A stretch of 64,000 nucleotides of DNA, from the NCBI GenBank assembly GCA_038240075.1, contig JBBSEC010000003.1:5753-69752 (forward strand), given 5' to 3'. Source of the stretch: Acidimicrobiia bacterium (GTDB lineage Bacteria > Actinomycetota > Acidimicrobiia > IMCC26256 > PALSA-610). The position numbers and the translations under genes are program-made. This document shows positions 16,728-25,288 of the stretch, piece by piece. A model generated the notes under the pieces. It saw only the letters and a list, made by a program, of their open reading frames with translations, did no database searches and was not told the DNA's origin. The first letter of the stretch is position 1; each line of letters starts with the position of its first letter.

Positions 16728-17798
16728 TCAGGGCACGAGGGGTGGGTAGTAGTTCTCGGCGCCGATCTTCTTGATGTCCTCGAACCACGAGCCGTCGTAC
16801 GCGTCGGTGTGGCCCTGGCGGACGGGGTCTTCGAAGTTCCAGGCCTGGCGCTTGTAGGTCCAGTTGTCGGGATAGAGCCGGTGCGCTTCGCGCCAGTGCA
16901 CGATCGCGCCGGGGTGGTCGCCGGTGCGGTGCAGGTGCTCGCCGAGCTCGAAGTGCGCGGCCGCCGAGGCCTCGTCGTTCGTTCTCGGTTGCGACCGCGC
17001 GACAACCTCCTCGGGCGTGTGCGCGTACTGGCTCTCGGCGCCGTGCTCGACCCAGTCGCGCAGCATCTCGAGGTAGAGCTCGGGTTGCGCGCGAATCTTG
17101 CGCGCCTCGGTGAGTACGTCGGCGATGTCGGGAGGCACGGTCGAGAGGTCGATGTCGCGGAACGACTCGGTCGCGGGATTCGGTCCCGGATGCGCCTGCT
17201 CGGCCGGTCGCACGATCATGCCGGCTTCGTCGATCCACACACCGTTGGGCACGTTGACCATGCCGAACCGTTCGTCGACGACATGCTTCGAATCAATGAG
17301 CGACGGGTGGTCGGGGTGCGCAGCCTCGATGAACGGGCGGGCAGCATCGGGGTCGACGTCGAGCCCGACGGTGACGATCTCGAGTCCGCGAGGGTGGAGC
17401 TCAGTCCGCAGTGCCTGCCACCCGGGCAGGTCGAAGCGGCAGCCTCACCACGATGCCCACGCGATCAGCAGCACCTTCTGACCGTGCAGGCTCGACAGCT
17501 TGAACAGGTTGCCGTCGGCGTCGGGCAGCTCGAGCTCCGGCGCAACGGCCGTGGTGAGGAACCGGCCGGTGACCGCGGTCTCGGGACCGAGTGCGGAGAG
17601 ACCGCGCTCGTGATCCGACACGAGCGGCATGCCCAGACGCTCGGCGACGACCGCGACATCGAGCCGGCCGTCGGCCGTCCGCGCGGCAGGGGAGAGCGGA
17701 ACGCACACCTCGCCGCGGCACGCGCCTTCGGGCTTGATCGACCAGCCGGTCGCGGTCTCGAACGCGGCCGGATCGACGACCAACTCGGTGAGGATCAT
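16728..17798 (-). CDS. thioredoxin-fold (ResA/TlpA-like) protein with in-frame TGA at the redox motif; probable selenoprotein (W-A-S-W-U-G-C)
   Basis: Track ORFs 17445..17798 and 16728..17261 are in the same frame and are separated only by TGA 17447-17445. Read-through gives ...KVLLIAWASW-U-GCRFDLPGWQALRTELHPRGLEIVTVGLDVD..., a redoxin signature with the stop in place of the first active-site Cys. Confidence 0.65.
17406..17439 (-). promoter_or_regulatory. SECIS-like stem-loop downstream of the in-frame UGA
   Basis: On the minus-strand RNA: CCGC-UUCGA-CCUGCC-CGGGU-GGCAGG-CACU-GCGG. A 4-bp lower stem, an internal loop and a 6-bp upper stem, with a G-rich apical loop about 24-26 nt after the U of UGA. 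Confidence 0.45.
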
Positions 17799-17820
17799 GA
17801 CGCGAATCTAGCGGCGTTGG

Positions 17821-18681
17821 TCAGTACCGCAGCTCGGCGACGATCCCGTAGTGGTCGGATCCGTACATGCCGTCGACGGGCTCGTTGCCGATGATCGACG
17901 CGAGCAACGGTTGCCCGCACCCGGTGCCCTTCGGCGCGGCAACGAGGATGTGGTCGATGCGTCGGTCGAGGTCGAGGCTCGCCGCGGCGAACGGATTGTC
18001 GTTCGACCAGGTCGCGCCGCGATCGCGGTTGCCGACCCACGTCCAGACGTCGCGGAACAACACTCCCGGAACGGGAACGGCCTGTTGCCCGGTGAGCACG
18101 CGCAGCTCGTCGCTGTCGGGGTCGGCGTTGAGATCGCCGAGCAGCACCGCGGGGAACGTCCGCGGTCGGCTCTCGCGCACGAAGCGGCAGATCTCGGCGG
18201 CCTGCTCCTGGCGGATCGCGCTGTGATCCGCGCGCCAGCTGAGGTGCGCGCAGAACACCTGGATCGGGCCACGCGGACCGTCGATCTCCGCCAGCACCAC
18301 GAGTCGTTCTTCGCCCTCGTCGTCGCTCACTCCTCCGGCCGCACGCGGGAGCGTGCGCACCGCGTGCCGCGTGATGGGCCAGCGGGACAGGACGGCATTG
18401 CCCGACCGCGCGCCGTCGCGTTCGAGGTTGGCGGCGTAGACGGGCTCCGCGTAACCGAGCGCGGCAGCGAGCTCTGCGGCCTGGCTGCGGCGATCGTCTT
18501 CCCACACCTCCTGCAGCCCGACGATGTCGGCGTCGACGTGGCGCAGGGTCTCGATGATCGCCGGGAGCCGTGCTTCCCACGGTCCGTAGCGACCCCACAG
18601 ATTCCACGTCGCGATGCGCACCCGGGTCTCGAGCAGGCGGCCGTAGCCGGCGTCGTACTCAAGCGGCTGCTCCGAGGTCAT
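17821..18681 (-). CDS. endonuclease/exonuclease/phosphatase (EEP) family protein
   Basis: ATG at 18681-18679 (MTSEQPLEY...). IATWNLWG, GLQEV, GDLNAD and SDHYGIV motifs. Confidence 0.9.
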   Translation of the reverse strand: MTSEQPLEYDAGYGRLLETRVRIATWNLWGRYGPWEARLPAIIETLRHVDADIVGLQEVWEDDRRSQAAELAAALGYAEPVYAANLERDGARSGNAVLSRWPITRHAVRTLPRAAGGVSDDEGEERLVVLAEIDGPRGPIQVFCAHLSWRADHSAIRQEQAAEICRFVRESRPRTFPAVLLGDLNADPDSDELRVLTGQQAVPVPGVLFRDVWTWVGNRDRGATWSNDNPFAAASLDLDRRIDHILVAAPKGTGCGQPLLASIIGNEPVDGMYGSDHYGIVAELRY

Positions 18682-18783
18682 GCAAGGATCATGCCGCGTG
18701 CGCCGGGCCGGGTGATCCACACGGACGGGGCACGGCGAACAATCTCCAGCCAGCACTCGATCCATCGCACCCCGGGGGGAACC

Positions 18784-19353
18784 GTGGACAGTCTCGTGAT
18801 GTTGCAGCGGGTCGTCGACACGACGACCGACATGATCGGAAACACGTCGGCGAAGCAGCTTTCGAATCCGACGTTGTGCACCGAGTGGACCGTGAAGGAC
18901 CTCATCAACCACATGGTCTCGGGTGCGACGATGTTCGCGATCTCGGCGGAGCAGGGATCGATCCCCGACGACATGCTCGGGAAGCTGATGAGCAGCGACA
19001 ACGTCGGCGACGACCCGCAGGGCGCATGGGACACCGCGGCGAAGCGGGCCATGAGCGCGTTCGAGGCACCGGGCGCGATGGACAAGATCGTGAAGCTGCC
19101 CTTCGGTGAGATGCCCGCGGGTATCGCGCTCAACATCGCGATCTTCGACGTCGCGACGCACTCCGTCGACCTCGCCCGCGCCACGGGCCAGAAGGTCACC
19201 GACACCGAGTTGCTCGAAGACGCGCTGATCATCGCCCAGCAGATGGTCGGTCCCGAGCTGCGCCAGCCCGGGATCTTCGGCGAGGCGCAGCCGTGCCCCG
19301 ACAACGCGCCGGTCGACGACCGCCTCCTCGCCTTCGCCGGTCGCAAGATCTGA
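18784..19353 (+). CDS. DinB/MDMPI-N-like metal-binding protein (TIGR03086-like)
   Basis: C-terminal part of shadow ORF 17851..19353. GTG 18784 follows GGGGGGA. WTVKDLINHMV...ATHSVDLARATG pattern. Confidence 0.75.
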   Translation: MDSLVMLQRVVDTTTDMIGNTSAKQLSNPTLCTEWTVKDLINHMVSGATMFAISAEQGSIPDDMLGKLMSSDNVGDDPQGAWDTAAKRAMSAFEAPGAMDKIVKLPFGEMPAGIALNIAIFDVATHSVDLARATGQKVTDTELLEDALIIAQQMVGPELRQPGIFGEAQPCPDNAPVDDRLLAFAGRKI

Positions 19354-19390
19354 CCGCTCGATCTCACCTCCGGGTTCGTATGCTCGCCGC

Positions 19391-20104
19391 ATGAACGGTG
19401 AGCCCCGGTTCCAGCCCATGCCCGACGACTGGTCGCGCGCGCTCGCCATCGTCGCCCATCCCGACGACCTCGAGTACGGCGCGGCGAGCGCCATCGCGAA
19501 GTGGACCGACGCGGGCAAGCAGGTCTCGTATCTGCTGGTGACGCGCGGCGAAGCGGGAATCGACACGCTCGAACCGTCGGAGTGCGCGCGCGTGCGGGAG
19601 GCGGAAGAGCGCGCGAGCGCGGCGACGGTGGGCGTGTCGGATGTCGACTTCCTCGGATACACCGATGGGGTGATCGAGTACGGAGTGGGACTCCGACGCG
19701 ATCTCGCGCACGCGATCCGCCGGGCCCGGCCGGATTTGCTGCTCACAATCAATCACCACGACTCGTGGGGCGGTCCGAGCTTCAACATGGCCGACCACCG
19801 CAACGTCGGGCTCGCGGTGCTCGACGCGTCGCGCGATGCCGGCAACCGCTGGGTCTTCCCGGAGCCCGGTCTCGAACCATGGGGTGGCGTCCGATACGTC
19901 GCGGTCAACGCCTCACCGCAGGCGGCCCACGCCGTCGATGTCGGTGCGTACATCGAACGGGGGATCGCGTCACTCGAGTGCCACGCCGCGTACCTCGCGT
20001 ACGTCGGGGGCGACGCGCGCGAGATCATCACCGGGCCGGCGCGGGCCACGGGCGACGCGTTGGGCTGCGAATATGCCGTGAGCTTCGAACTGTTCGAGTT
20101 CTAA
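19391..20104 (+). CDS. PIG-L family deacetylase (LmbE-like)
   Basis: ALAIVAHPDDLEYGAASAI motif (AHPDD). Confidence 0.9.
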   Translation: MNGEPRFQPMPDDWSRALAIVAHPDDLEYGAASAIAKWTDAGKQVSYLLVTRGEAGIDTLEPSECARVREAEERASAATVGVSDVDFLGYTDGVIEYGVGLRRDLAHAIRRARPDLLLTINHHDSWGGPSFNMADHRNVGLAVLDASRDAGNRWVFPEPGLEPWGGVRYVAVNASPQAAHAVDVGAYIERGIASLECHAAYLAYVGGDAREIITGPARATGDALGCEYAVSFELFEF

Positions 20105-20128
20105 CGACGCCGCAACAAGGGAGTCTGA

Positions 20129-21028
20129 ATGACTGACACGCAGCCGATCGGCACGGTCGAGGAGCTCTGGCGGTTTCCGGTGAAGTCGATGCTCGGCGAG
20201 CGGCTCGAAACGATCGACGTGACCGACCGGGGCACGGTCGGAGACCGCGCGTACGCGGTGATCGACTCCGAGACGGGCAAGGTCGCGAGCGCGAAGAACC
20301 CTCGGAAGTGGGGGCATCTGCTCGACTGCACGGCGACGTTCGTCGAGGCGCCGGTCGCGGGTACGGCCACGCCGGCAGTCATCATCACGTTGCCTGACGG
20401 CGACGTGATCCGCAGCGACGACCCGGGTGCCGACGCCGCGCTCTCCAACGTGCTCGGCCGCCCGGTCACGCTGGCAACCGTCGCGCCTGACACCCGCACG
20501 CTCGAGGAGGTCTGGCCCGAGATCGAGGGTCTTGCGCCGACCGAGTTCATCGAGTCGATTCGCATCGCCGACGAGCACGCCGGCGAGACCCTCACCGATG
20601 TGCCGATGGGGCTCGCGGCGCCCGCGGGCACGTTCTACGACCTTGCGCTCCTGCACGTGCTCACGACGTCGACGCTGGCGCACCTCGCCGGTCTGTATCC
20701 GGAAGGGCGGTTCGATGTCCGCCGCTACCGGCCGAACATCCTCATCGACGCGACCGCCGACGGGTTCGTCGAGAACGAGTGGCCCGGCCACACGCTGGGT
20801 GTCGGAGCCGACCTCCGCGTCGACGTGAGCATTCCCGCCATGCGGTGCGTGATGACCACGATGGCGCAGGGCGATCTGCCGCGCGACCTCGGCGTACTCA
20901 AGACGGTTGCCCGCCACAACCGGATCGAGATCGCGGGCTTGGGAATGTGGGCGTGCGTGGGCGCGTACGCCGGAGTCGGTGCTCCGGGCTCGGTGCGTGT
21001 GGGTGATCCGGTGACCCTGCTCGCGTAG
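20129..21028 (+). CDS. MOSC domain-containing protein
   Basis: N-terminal beta-barrel LWRFPVKSMLGE plus a MOSC C-terminal part (RFDVRRYRPNILID...MRCVMTT). Confidence 0.85.
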   Translation: MTDTQPIGTVEELWRFPVKSMLGERLETIDVTDRGTVGDRAYAVIDSETGKVASAKNPRKWGHLLDCTATFVEAPVAGTATPAVIITLPDGDVIRSDDPGADAALSNVLGRPVTLATVAPDTRTLEEVWPEIEGLAPTEFIESIRIADEHAGETLTDVPMGLAAPAGTFYDLALLHVLTTSTLAHLAGLYPEGRFDVRRYRPNILIDATADGFVENEWPGHTLGVGADLRVDVSIPAMRCVMTTMAQGDLPRDLGVLKTVARHNRIEIAGLGMWACVGAYAGVGAPGSVRVGDPVTLLA

Positions 21029-21034
21029 CGCGCG

Positions 21035-22282
21035 TTACCGGTAGAAGCCGGGGCTCGTCGCGCCGTCGGGCCGACCCTCGAGCGGTACCCGCAGCTCTTC
21101 GACCGTCGGGCCGACCCGCGCCGCGATCGGCGCGAGCTTGTCGAGATCGAAGCCGTAGACCTTCGCCGCGGTGCGTGCGAGCACCTGCTGCAGGTCGGCG
21201 GCCGACCACTCGGAGAAGCCCATGCGCAGCAGCTCGCGCGAGTACGGCGTCGAGCCTTCGTGGTGCGGGTAGTCGCTGCCCCACATCATGTTCTCGAGGC
21301 CGAGCCTCAACATGGCCTTCGCCTCGATGACGCCGGGGAAGCTCACACCGACGTAGCAGCTCTGCTTGAAATACTCGCTCGGCGGCCGCGGCAGACGATT
21401 GTCGGCGTCGAACTTCAGCTCACCGATGCGACCACCCGCCATCTGCATGTGGAAGCCGTCGAGCATGCGCAAGGTGTCGACGAGCCACGAGCAGCCCTGC
21501 TCGGTCAGCACGAACTTGAGCTTGGGGAACCGCTCGAAGACGCCGCTCATCATCACCTGCCAGAACGCGCGGTGCGCGAACCACGCGGTCTCGATGAGCC
21601 ACATCGCTCCGCCCGACGGTGCGTCGCCGTAGTCGGGGTGACCGCTCCCGGAGTGGTAGTTGACCGGCATGTCGAGCTCTTCGCAGGTGCGCCAGAACGG
21701 GTCGTACTCGGCGCAGAAGTAGGGAAGGATGTCGGTGTCGTCGGGAACGCCGGGGATGAGCACGCCACCGCGCAGACCGTGCGCGTGCGCCCATTTCACC
21801 TCGGCGATCGCGGCGTCGATGTCGTTCGCGAACACCTGCGCGATACCGGCGCGGCGATCGGGTTGGTTCGCACACCAGTCGGCGAGCCAACGGTTGTGCG
21901 CGCGCAGGCCGGCCCAGCGCAGCTCGAGATCGGCCGGGCTCGGCGGACGCGCGACGAGCGCGCCGGTCGGGAAGAACGGAGGCACCGTGTTCGGGAACAC
22001 GATCTCGGCGACCTGGCCGTCGGCTTCGAGGTCGGCGATGCGCCGCTCGTCGTCCCAGTTGCGGCTGCGGCTGCTGCCCTGCAGGTCGCGGAAGGGGTTC
22101 TTGTACTCGCCCCTCCACGCCTCGTAGTCGGGGACGTACTTCTCCTCGAGGTAGCCGCGGTACTGCTCCATCGATCCGCCGGCGTGGCAGTCGGCGGAGA
22201 CGATCACGTAGCGGTCGGTGAGTGGTCCGCCGGTCGCGTCGAAATCCGGGCCGGTCTTCGGGTCCTTCGTTGCTGTCGTCAC
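21035..22282 (-). CDS. amidohydrolase-2 family protein
   Basis: 415 aa. VSADCHAG...WGSDYPHHEG metal-ligand pattern. Confidence 0.9.
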   Translation of the reverse strand: MTTATKDPKTGPDFDATGGPLTDRYVIVSADCHAGGSMEQYRGYLEEKYVPDYEAWRGEYKNPFRDLQGSSRSRNWDDERRIADLEADGQVAEIVFPNTVPPFFPTGALVARPPSPADLELRWAGLRAHNRWLADWCANQPDRRAGIAQVFANDIDAAIAEVKWAHAHGLRGGVLIPGVPDDTDILPYFCAEYDPFWRTCEELDMPVNYHSGSGHPDYGDAPSGGAMWLIETAWFAHRAFWQVMMSGVFERFPKLKFVLTEQGCSWLVDTLRMLDGFHMQMAGGRIGELKFDADNRLPRPPSEYFKQSCYVGVSFPGVIEAKAMLRLGLENMMWGSDYPHHEGSTPYSRELLRMGFSEWSAADLQQVLARTAAKVYGFDLDKLAPIAARVGPTVEELRVPLEGRPDGATSPGFYR

Positions 22283-22285
22283 AAA

Positions 22286-22303
22286 CCTGACGCTAGCGTC
22301 AGG
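22286..22303. promoter_or_regulatory. perfect 18-bp palindrome filling a 26-bp divergent intergenic region
   Basis: CCTGACGCTAGCGTCAGG lies between GTG 22282 (minus-strand gene) and ATG 22309 (plus-strand gene). Confidence 0.5.
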
Positions 22304-22308
22304 CCCTC

Positions 22309-23148
22309 ATGACCAGCGACTCCACAGCTGATGTCCTCGATATCTGGGTGAACCTCGTGACCGAGAAGTCGGCCGCGCAGTTCCTCGGACAGCCCGAGAA
22401 CGCCCATATTCCGGGCTATCTGGGCGGTGACGGCAGCGCGGGGGTCGGCGTCGACGCCCTGCTCGGCGTGATGGACGAACAGGGCGTGGCGACCGGGATC
22501 CTCACGTCGGGCGTCGACCGCGGTGGTGCCGAGGCGATGCTCGAGGTCGCCGACGCGCACCCGGGACGGTTCCTCGTGTGCGCGGTGCTGAGCGAGCGAC
22601 TGCGCCCGACGCGCGACGTCCGCCGCATCCGTGAGCTCGCCGAGCACCCGCGGTTCGCGATGCTGCGCGTCACGCCGCTCGCGACCCAGGTGCCCATCAA
22701 CGACGCGCGTCACTACCCGGCGTATCAGATCTGCGAAGAGCTCGGTATCCCCGTCGGCATCAACGTCGGGATTCCCGGGCCGCGCGTGCGATCCCGCGTG
22801 CAGCATCCCGAGCTGCTCGAAGACGTGATGATCGACTTCCCTGATCTCGTGATCATCGGCGCGCACATGGGCCACCCGTACGAAGAGCTGCTCATGAACT
22901 ACATGCGCAAGTGGCCGAACCTCTACCTGTCGTGCACGGCGTACGCGCCGCGGTACTTCGACCCCGCGCTCGTGCGCTTCATGAACACGAAGGCGTTCCG
23001 CGGCCGGGTGATCTGGGGGAGCGACGAACCGTGGTTCCCGATGCGTCGGTCGCTGTCGGAGGCGCGGGCCCTGCCGATCGACGAGGAGGCGATGGCGCTC
23101 TTCCTCGGAGGCTCGGCGCGGCGCCTGCTCGACCGCACTGCTCGCTAG
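22309..23148 (+). CDS. amidohydrolase-2 family protein
   Basis: 279 aa. IIGAHMGHPY...IWGSDEPWFP pattern. Confidence 0.9.
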   Translation: MTSDSTADVLDIWVNLVTEKSAAQFLGQPENAHIPGYLGGDGSAGVGVDALLGVMDEQGVATGILTSGVDRGGAEAMLEVADAHPGRFLVCAVLSERLRPTRDVRRIRELAEHPRFAMLRVTPLATQVPINDARHYPAYQICEELGIPVGINVGIPGPRVRSRVQHPELLEDVMIDFPDLVIIGAHMGHPYEELLMNYMRKWPNLYLSCTAYAPRYFDPALVRFMNTKAFRGRVIWGSDEPWFPMRRSLSEARALPIDEEAMALFLGGSARRLLDRTAR

Positions 23149-23185
23149 TAGGAGCGGCGGAGGCACGCCGTTGTGCTATCCCCAC

Positions 23186-23247
23186 GGTCGCACACGCATG
23201 CGCTTCACCGTCTGCTCGTCATTGAGCACGGCCGCTGCGTCTGCTCC
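23186..23247 (-). repeat. family-1 module, copy E (inverted orientation, 1-nt indel)
   Basis: The reverse complement reads GGAGCAGACGCAGCGGCCGTGCTCAATGACGAGCAGACGGTGAAGCGCATGCGTGTGCGACC. Confidence 0.55.
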
Positions 23248-23252
23248 GCCCG

Positions 23253-23327
23253 TCAAGGCGGTCGGGCGAGACCCCCGTCGTGAGCCGCCGAGTCTCGGAA
23301 GCGTTGGAAGAACCCCGGTCGGGACAT
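23253..23327 (-). CDS. candidate 24-codon small ORF (MSRPGFFQRFRDSAAHDGGLARPP)
   Basis: AGGGAGG (23340-23334), then a 6-nt spacer, then ATG 23327-23325. The TGA at 23255-23253 lies 5 nt before copy E. It contains S-A-A-H-D-G, as in copy A of the family-1 module. Confidence 0.3.
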   Translation of the reverse strand: MSRPGFFQRFRDSAAHDGGLARPP

Positions 23328-23432
23328 CTACGACCTCCCTTCGTGGTACGACCAGCATCCTCCCGAGGTGTTGCACACGCGTCGCGTCCGTGCGACGGTT
23401 CGACGTCGGTCGGCTGAAGGTGATGTGACGGG

Positions 23433-24248
23433 CTATACCGCGGCAAGGAAGTCGACGAGCTCGGCCGCGACGGCGTCGACGTGGGTGAAGACGCCGAGAT
23501 GGCTCGAGTCGGGGATCTCCGCGAAGCGGGCACCGGGGATCTGCGCGGCGGCCCGGCGCGCGTGCGCGGGCGGCGAGTCGACGTCGTGCTCGAACGCGAG
23601 CACGAGGCAGGGCACCGTGATGTCGGGCCACACGCGCGTGCGCTCGAGATCGAGCGACCACGCGAGGCACGCCTCGAAGTGCCCGAGGCGGCCCGGGTTC
23701 GGCGCCGGTTCCTGATCGGCGATCATCGCGAGCCAGCCTTCGACCATCGCATCGTTCTGCAGGTCGTGGTTCGGCAGGTAGCGAAGGGTTTCGCAGGCGT
23801 AGAAGAGCGGGGGAAGCTCGCAGTCGAGGCGCGCGAGGTCGCGTTCGACCGTGGTGATCGCCTTCTCCCACGCGGTCGCGACGTTGCAGCTCCCCATCAG
23901 CGCGGCGGCACGCACGCGATCGGGATGCTTGGCGGCCAGCGTCTCCGCAATCCATCCGCCCATCGAATGCCCGGCGACGCGCACGCGGTCGAGACCGAGA
24001 TGATCGAGGAGACCGACGGCGTCGCCGACCATCTGCGCGATCGAATACGGCGCGGGCGGCGACGACGACGGTGCGATCCCGCGGTTGTCGAACGTGATGA
24101 CCTGATAGCCGGCGGCCGTGAGCGCGGGAACGAGGCCGAAATGCCACGCGATCGCGGGCTGCGTGCACCCGCACACGAGCAGGAGCGGCTCACCGTCGCC
24201 GGTGACGTCGTACGCGATGGTCGCGTCGTCGAGCTCGACCTCGGGCAT
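23433..24248 (-). CDS. alpha/beta hydrolase
   Basis: 271 aa. GHSMGG nucleophile elbow. Confidence 0.9.
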   Translation of the reverse strand: MPEVELDDATIAYDVTGDGEPLLLVCGCTQPAIAWHFGLVPALTAAGYQVITFDNRGIAPSSSPPAPYSIAQMVGDAVGLLDHLGLDRVRVAGHSMGGWIAETLAAKHPDRVRAAALMGSCNVATAWEKAITTVERDLARLDCELPPLFYACETLRYLPNHDLQNDAMVEGWLAMIADQEPAPNPGRLGHFEACLAWSLDLERTRVWPDITVPCLVLAFEHDVDSPPAHARRAAAQIPGARFAEIPDSSHLGVFTHVDAVAAELVDFLAAV

Positions 24249-24280
24249 CTCGATCTCCCCGTGATTCTGGGTGTTCCGGC

Positions 24281-25273
24281 CTACACGTCGACAGTGACGC
24301 CGACACCCTGGGCGCGTGCGGCCGCGACCACCAGCATCGCGGCCGCGAGGTCTTCGACGGCGACGCCGACACCCTTGTAGAGCGTGATCTGCTCGGGCGT
24401 CGTGCGGCCCGGCCGCGTCCCCGCGACGAGCTCACCGACCTCCGCGTGCACGTGCGCGGGCTCGATCAAGCCGTCGCGGATCGGCCACAACAGCTCGTTC
24501 GCTCCGGCCGGTACCGGCGCGAGTGCCGACGAACGCGACTCGACCACGACGAGCGCGTCGAGCACCGTGTGCGCGTCGACCTCGCAGCCGTCGCTGAAGC
24601 CCACGGAGTTCACGTGCACTCCCGGGCTCAACCATTCGCGCCGGACGATCGGTTCGGTCGCGGGAGTCGTCGCGCACACGACGTCGGCACCCGCGAGCGC
24701 GTCGGCGAACGTCGCGGCGCCGGTGACCGCGATGTGGGCCATTCCGGCCCGTTGCAGCTCGTCGGCGAAGTCGAGTGCGACGACGGCGTTCGCCTCGGCG
24801 TTGCGACCCGCGATCCTGATCTCCTTCAGCGCGGGCACCACGCGGGGGACCGCAAGCGCGTGGGCGCGTGCCTGCACACCGGTGCCGAGGATGGCCATGA
24901 CTTCGGAGTCGGCGCGCGCGAGGTGCCGGGTCGCGACGGCCGACGCCGCCGCGGTGCGCGCCGCGGTGATCAGCGTGCCGTCGACGAGGGCCGTCGGCGT
25001 GCCGGTATCAGGGTCGAAGAGGACGATCACGGCTTGGTGCGTCGGGCGGTCGACGTTGCCGGGGAACAACGAGACCAGCTTCGCGCCGAGACCGCCGAGC
25101 CGGGAGAACGCGCCCGGCATCGCCAAAAGGAGCCCGGCGCCGGTCTCGGCCGCGACGCGCGGCGGGAGCGACGCCCAGCCCGCGCTGGTCTCGGCCAACG
25201 CCGAGCTCACGGCGTCGGTCAGCGCGTCGAGATCGAGCACCGCTTCGACATCGTCTCGGTTGAGGATGAGCAC
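24281..25273 (-). CDS. ornithine cyclodeaminase/mu-crystallin family protein
   Basis: 330 aa. MAILGTGVQARAH Rossmann motif, family-typical length. Confidence 0.9.
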   Translation of the reverse strand: MLILNRDDVEAVLDLDALTDAVSSALAETSAGWASLPPRVAAETGAGLLLAMPGAFSRLGGLGAKLVSLFPGNVDRPTHQAVIVLFDPDTGTPTALVDGTLITAARTAAASAVATRHLARADSEVMAILGTGVQARAHALAVPRVVPALKEIRIAGRNAEANAVVALDFADELQRAGMAHIAVTGAATFADALAGADVVCATTPATEPIVRREWLSPGVHVNSVGFSDGCEVDAHTVLDALVVVESRSSALAPVPAGANELLWPIRDGLIEPAHVHAEVGELVAGTRPGRTTPEQITLYKGVGVAVEDLAAAMLVVAAARAQGVGVTVDV

Positions 25274-25288
25274 GCGTCCCCCGTCTGC

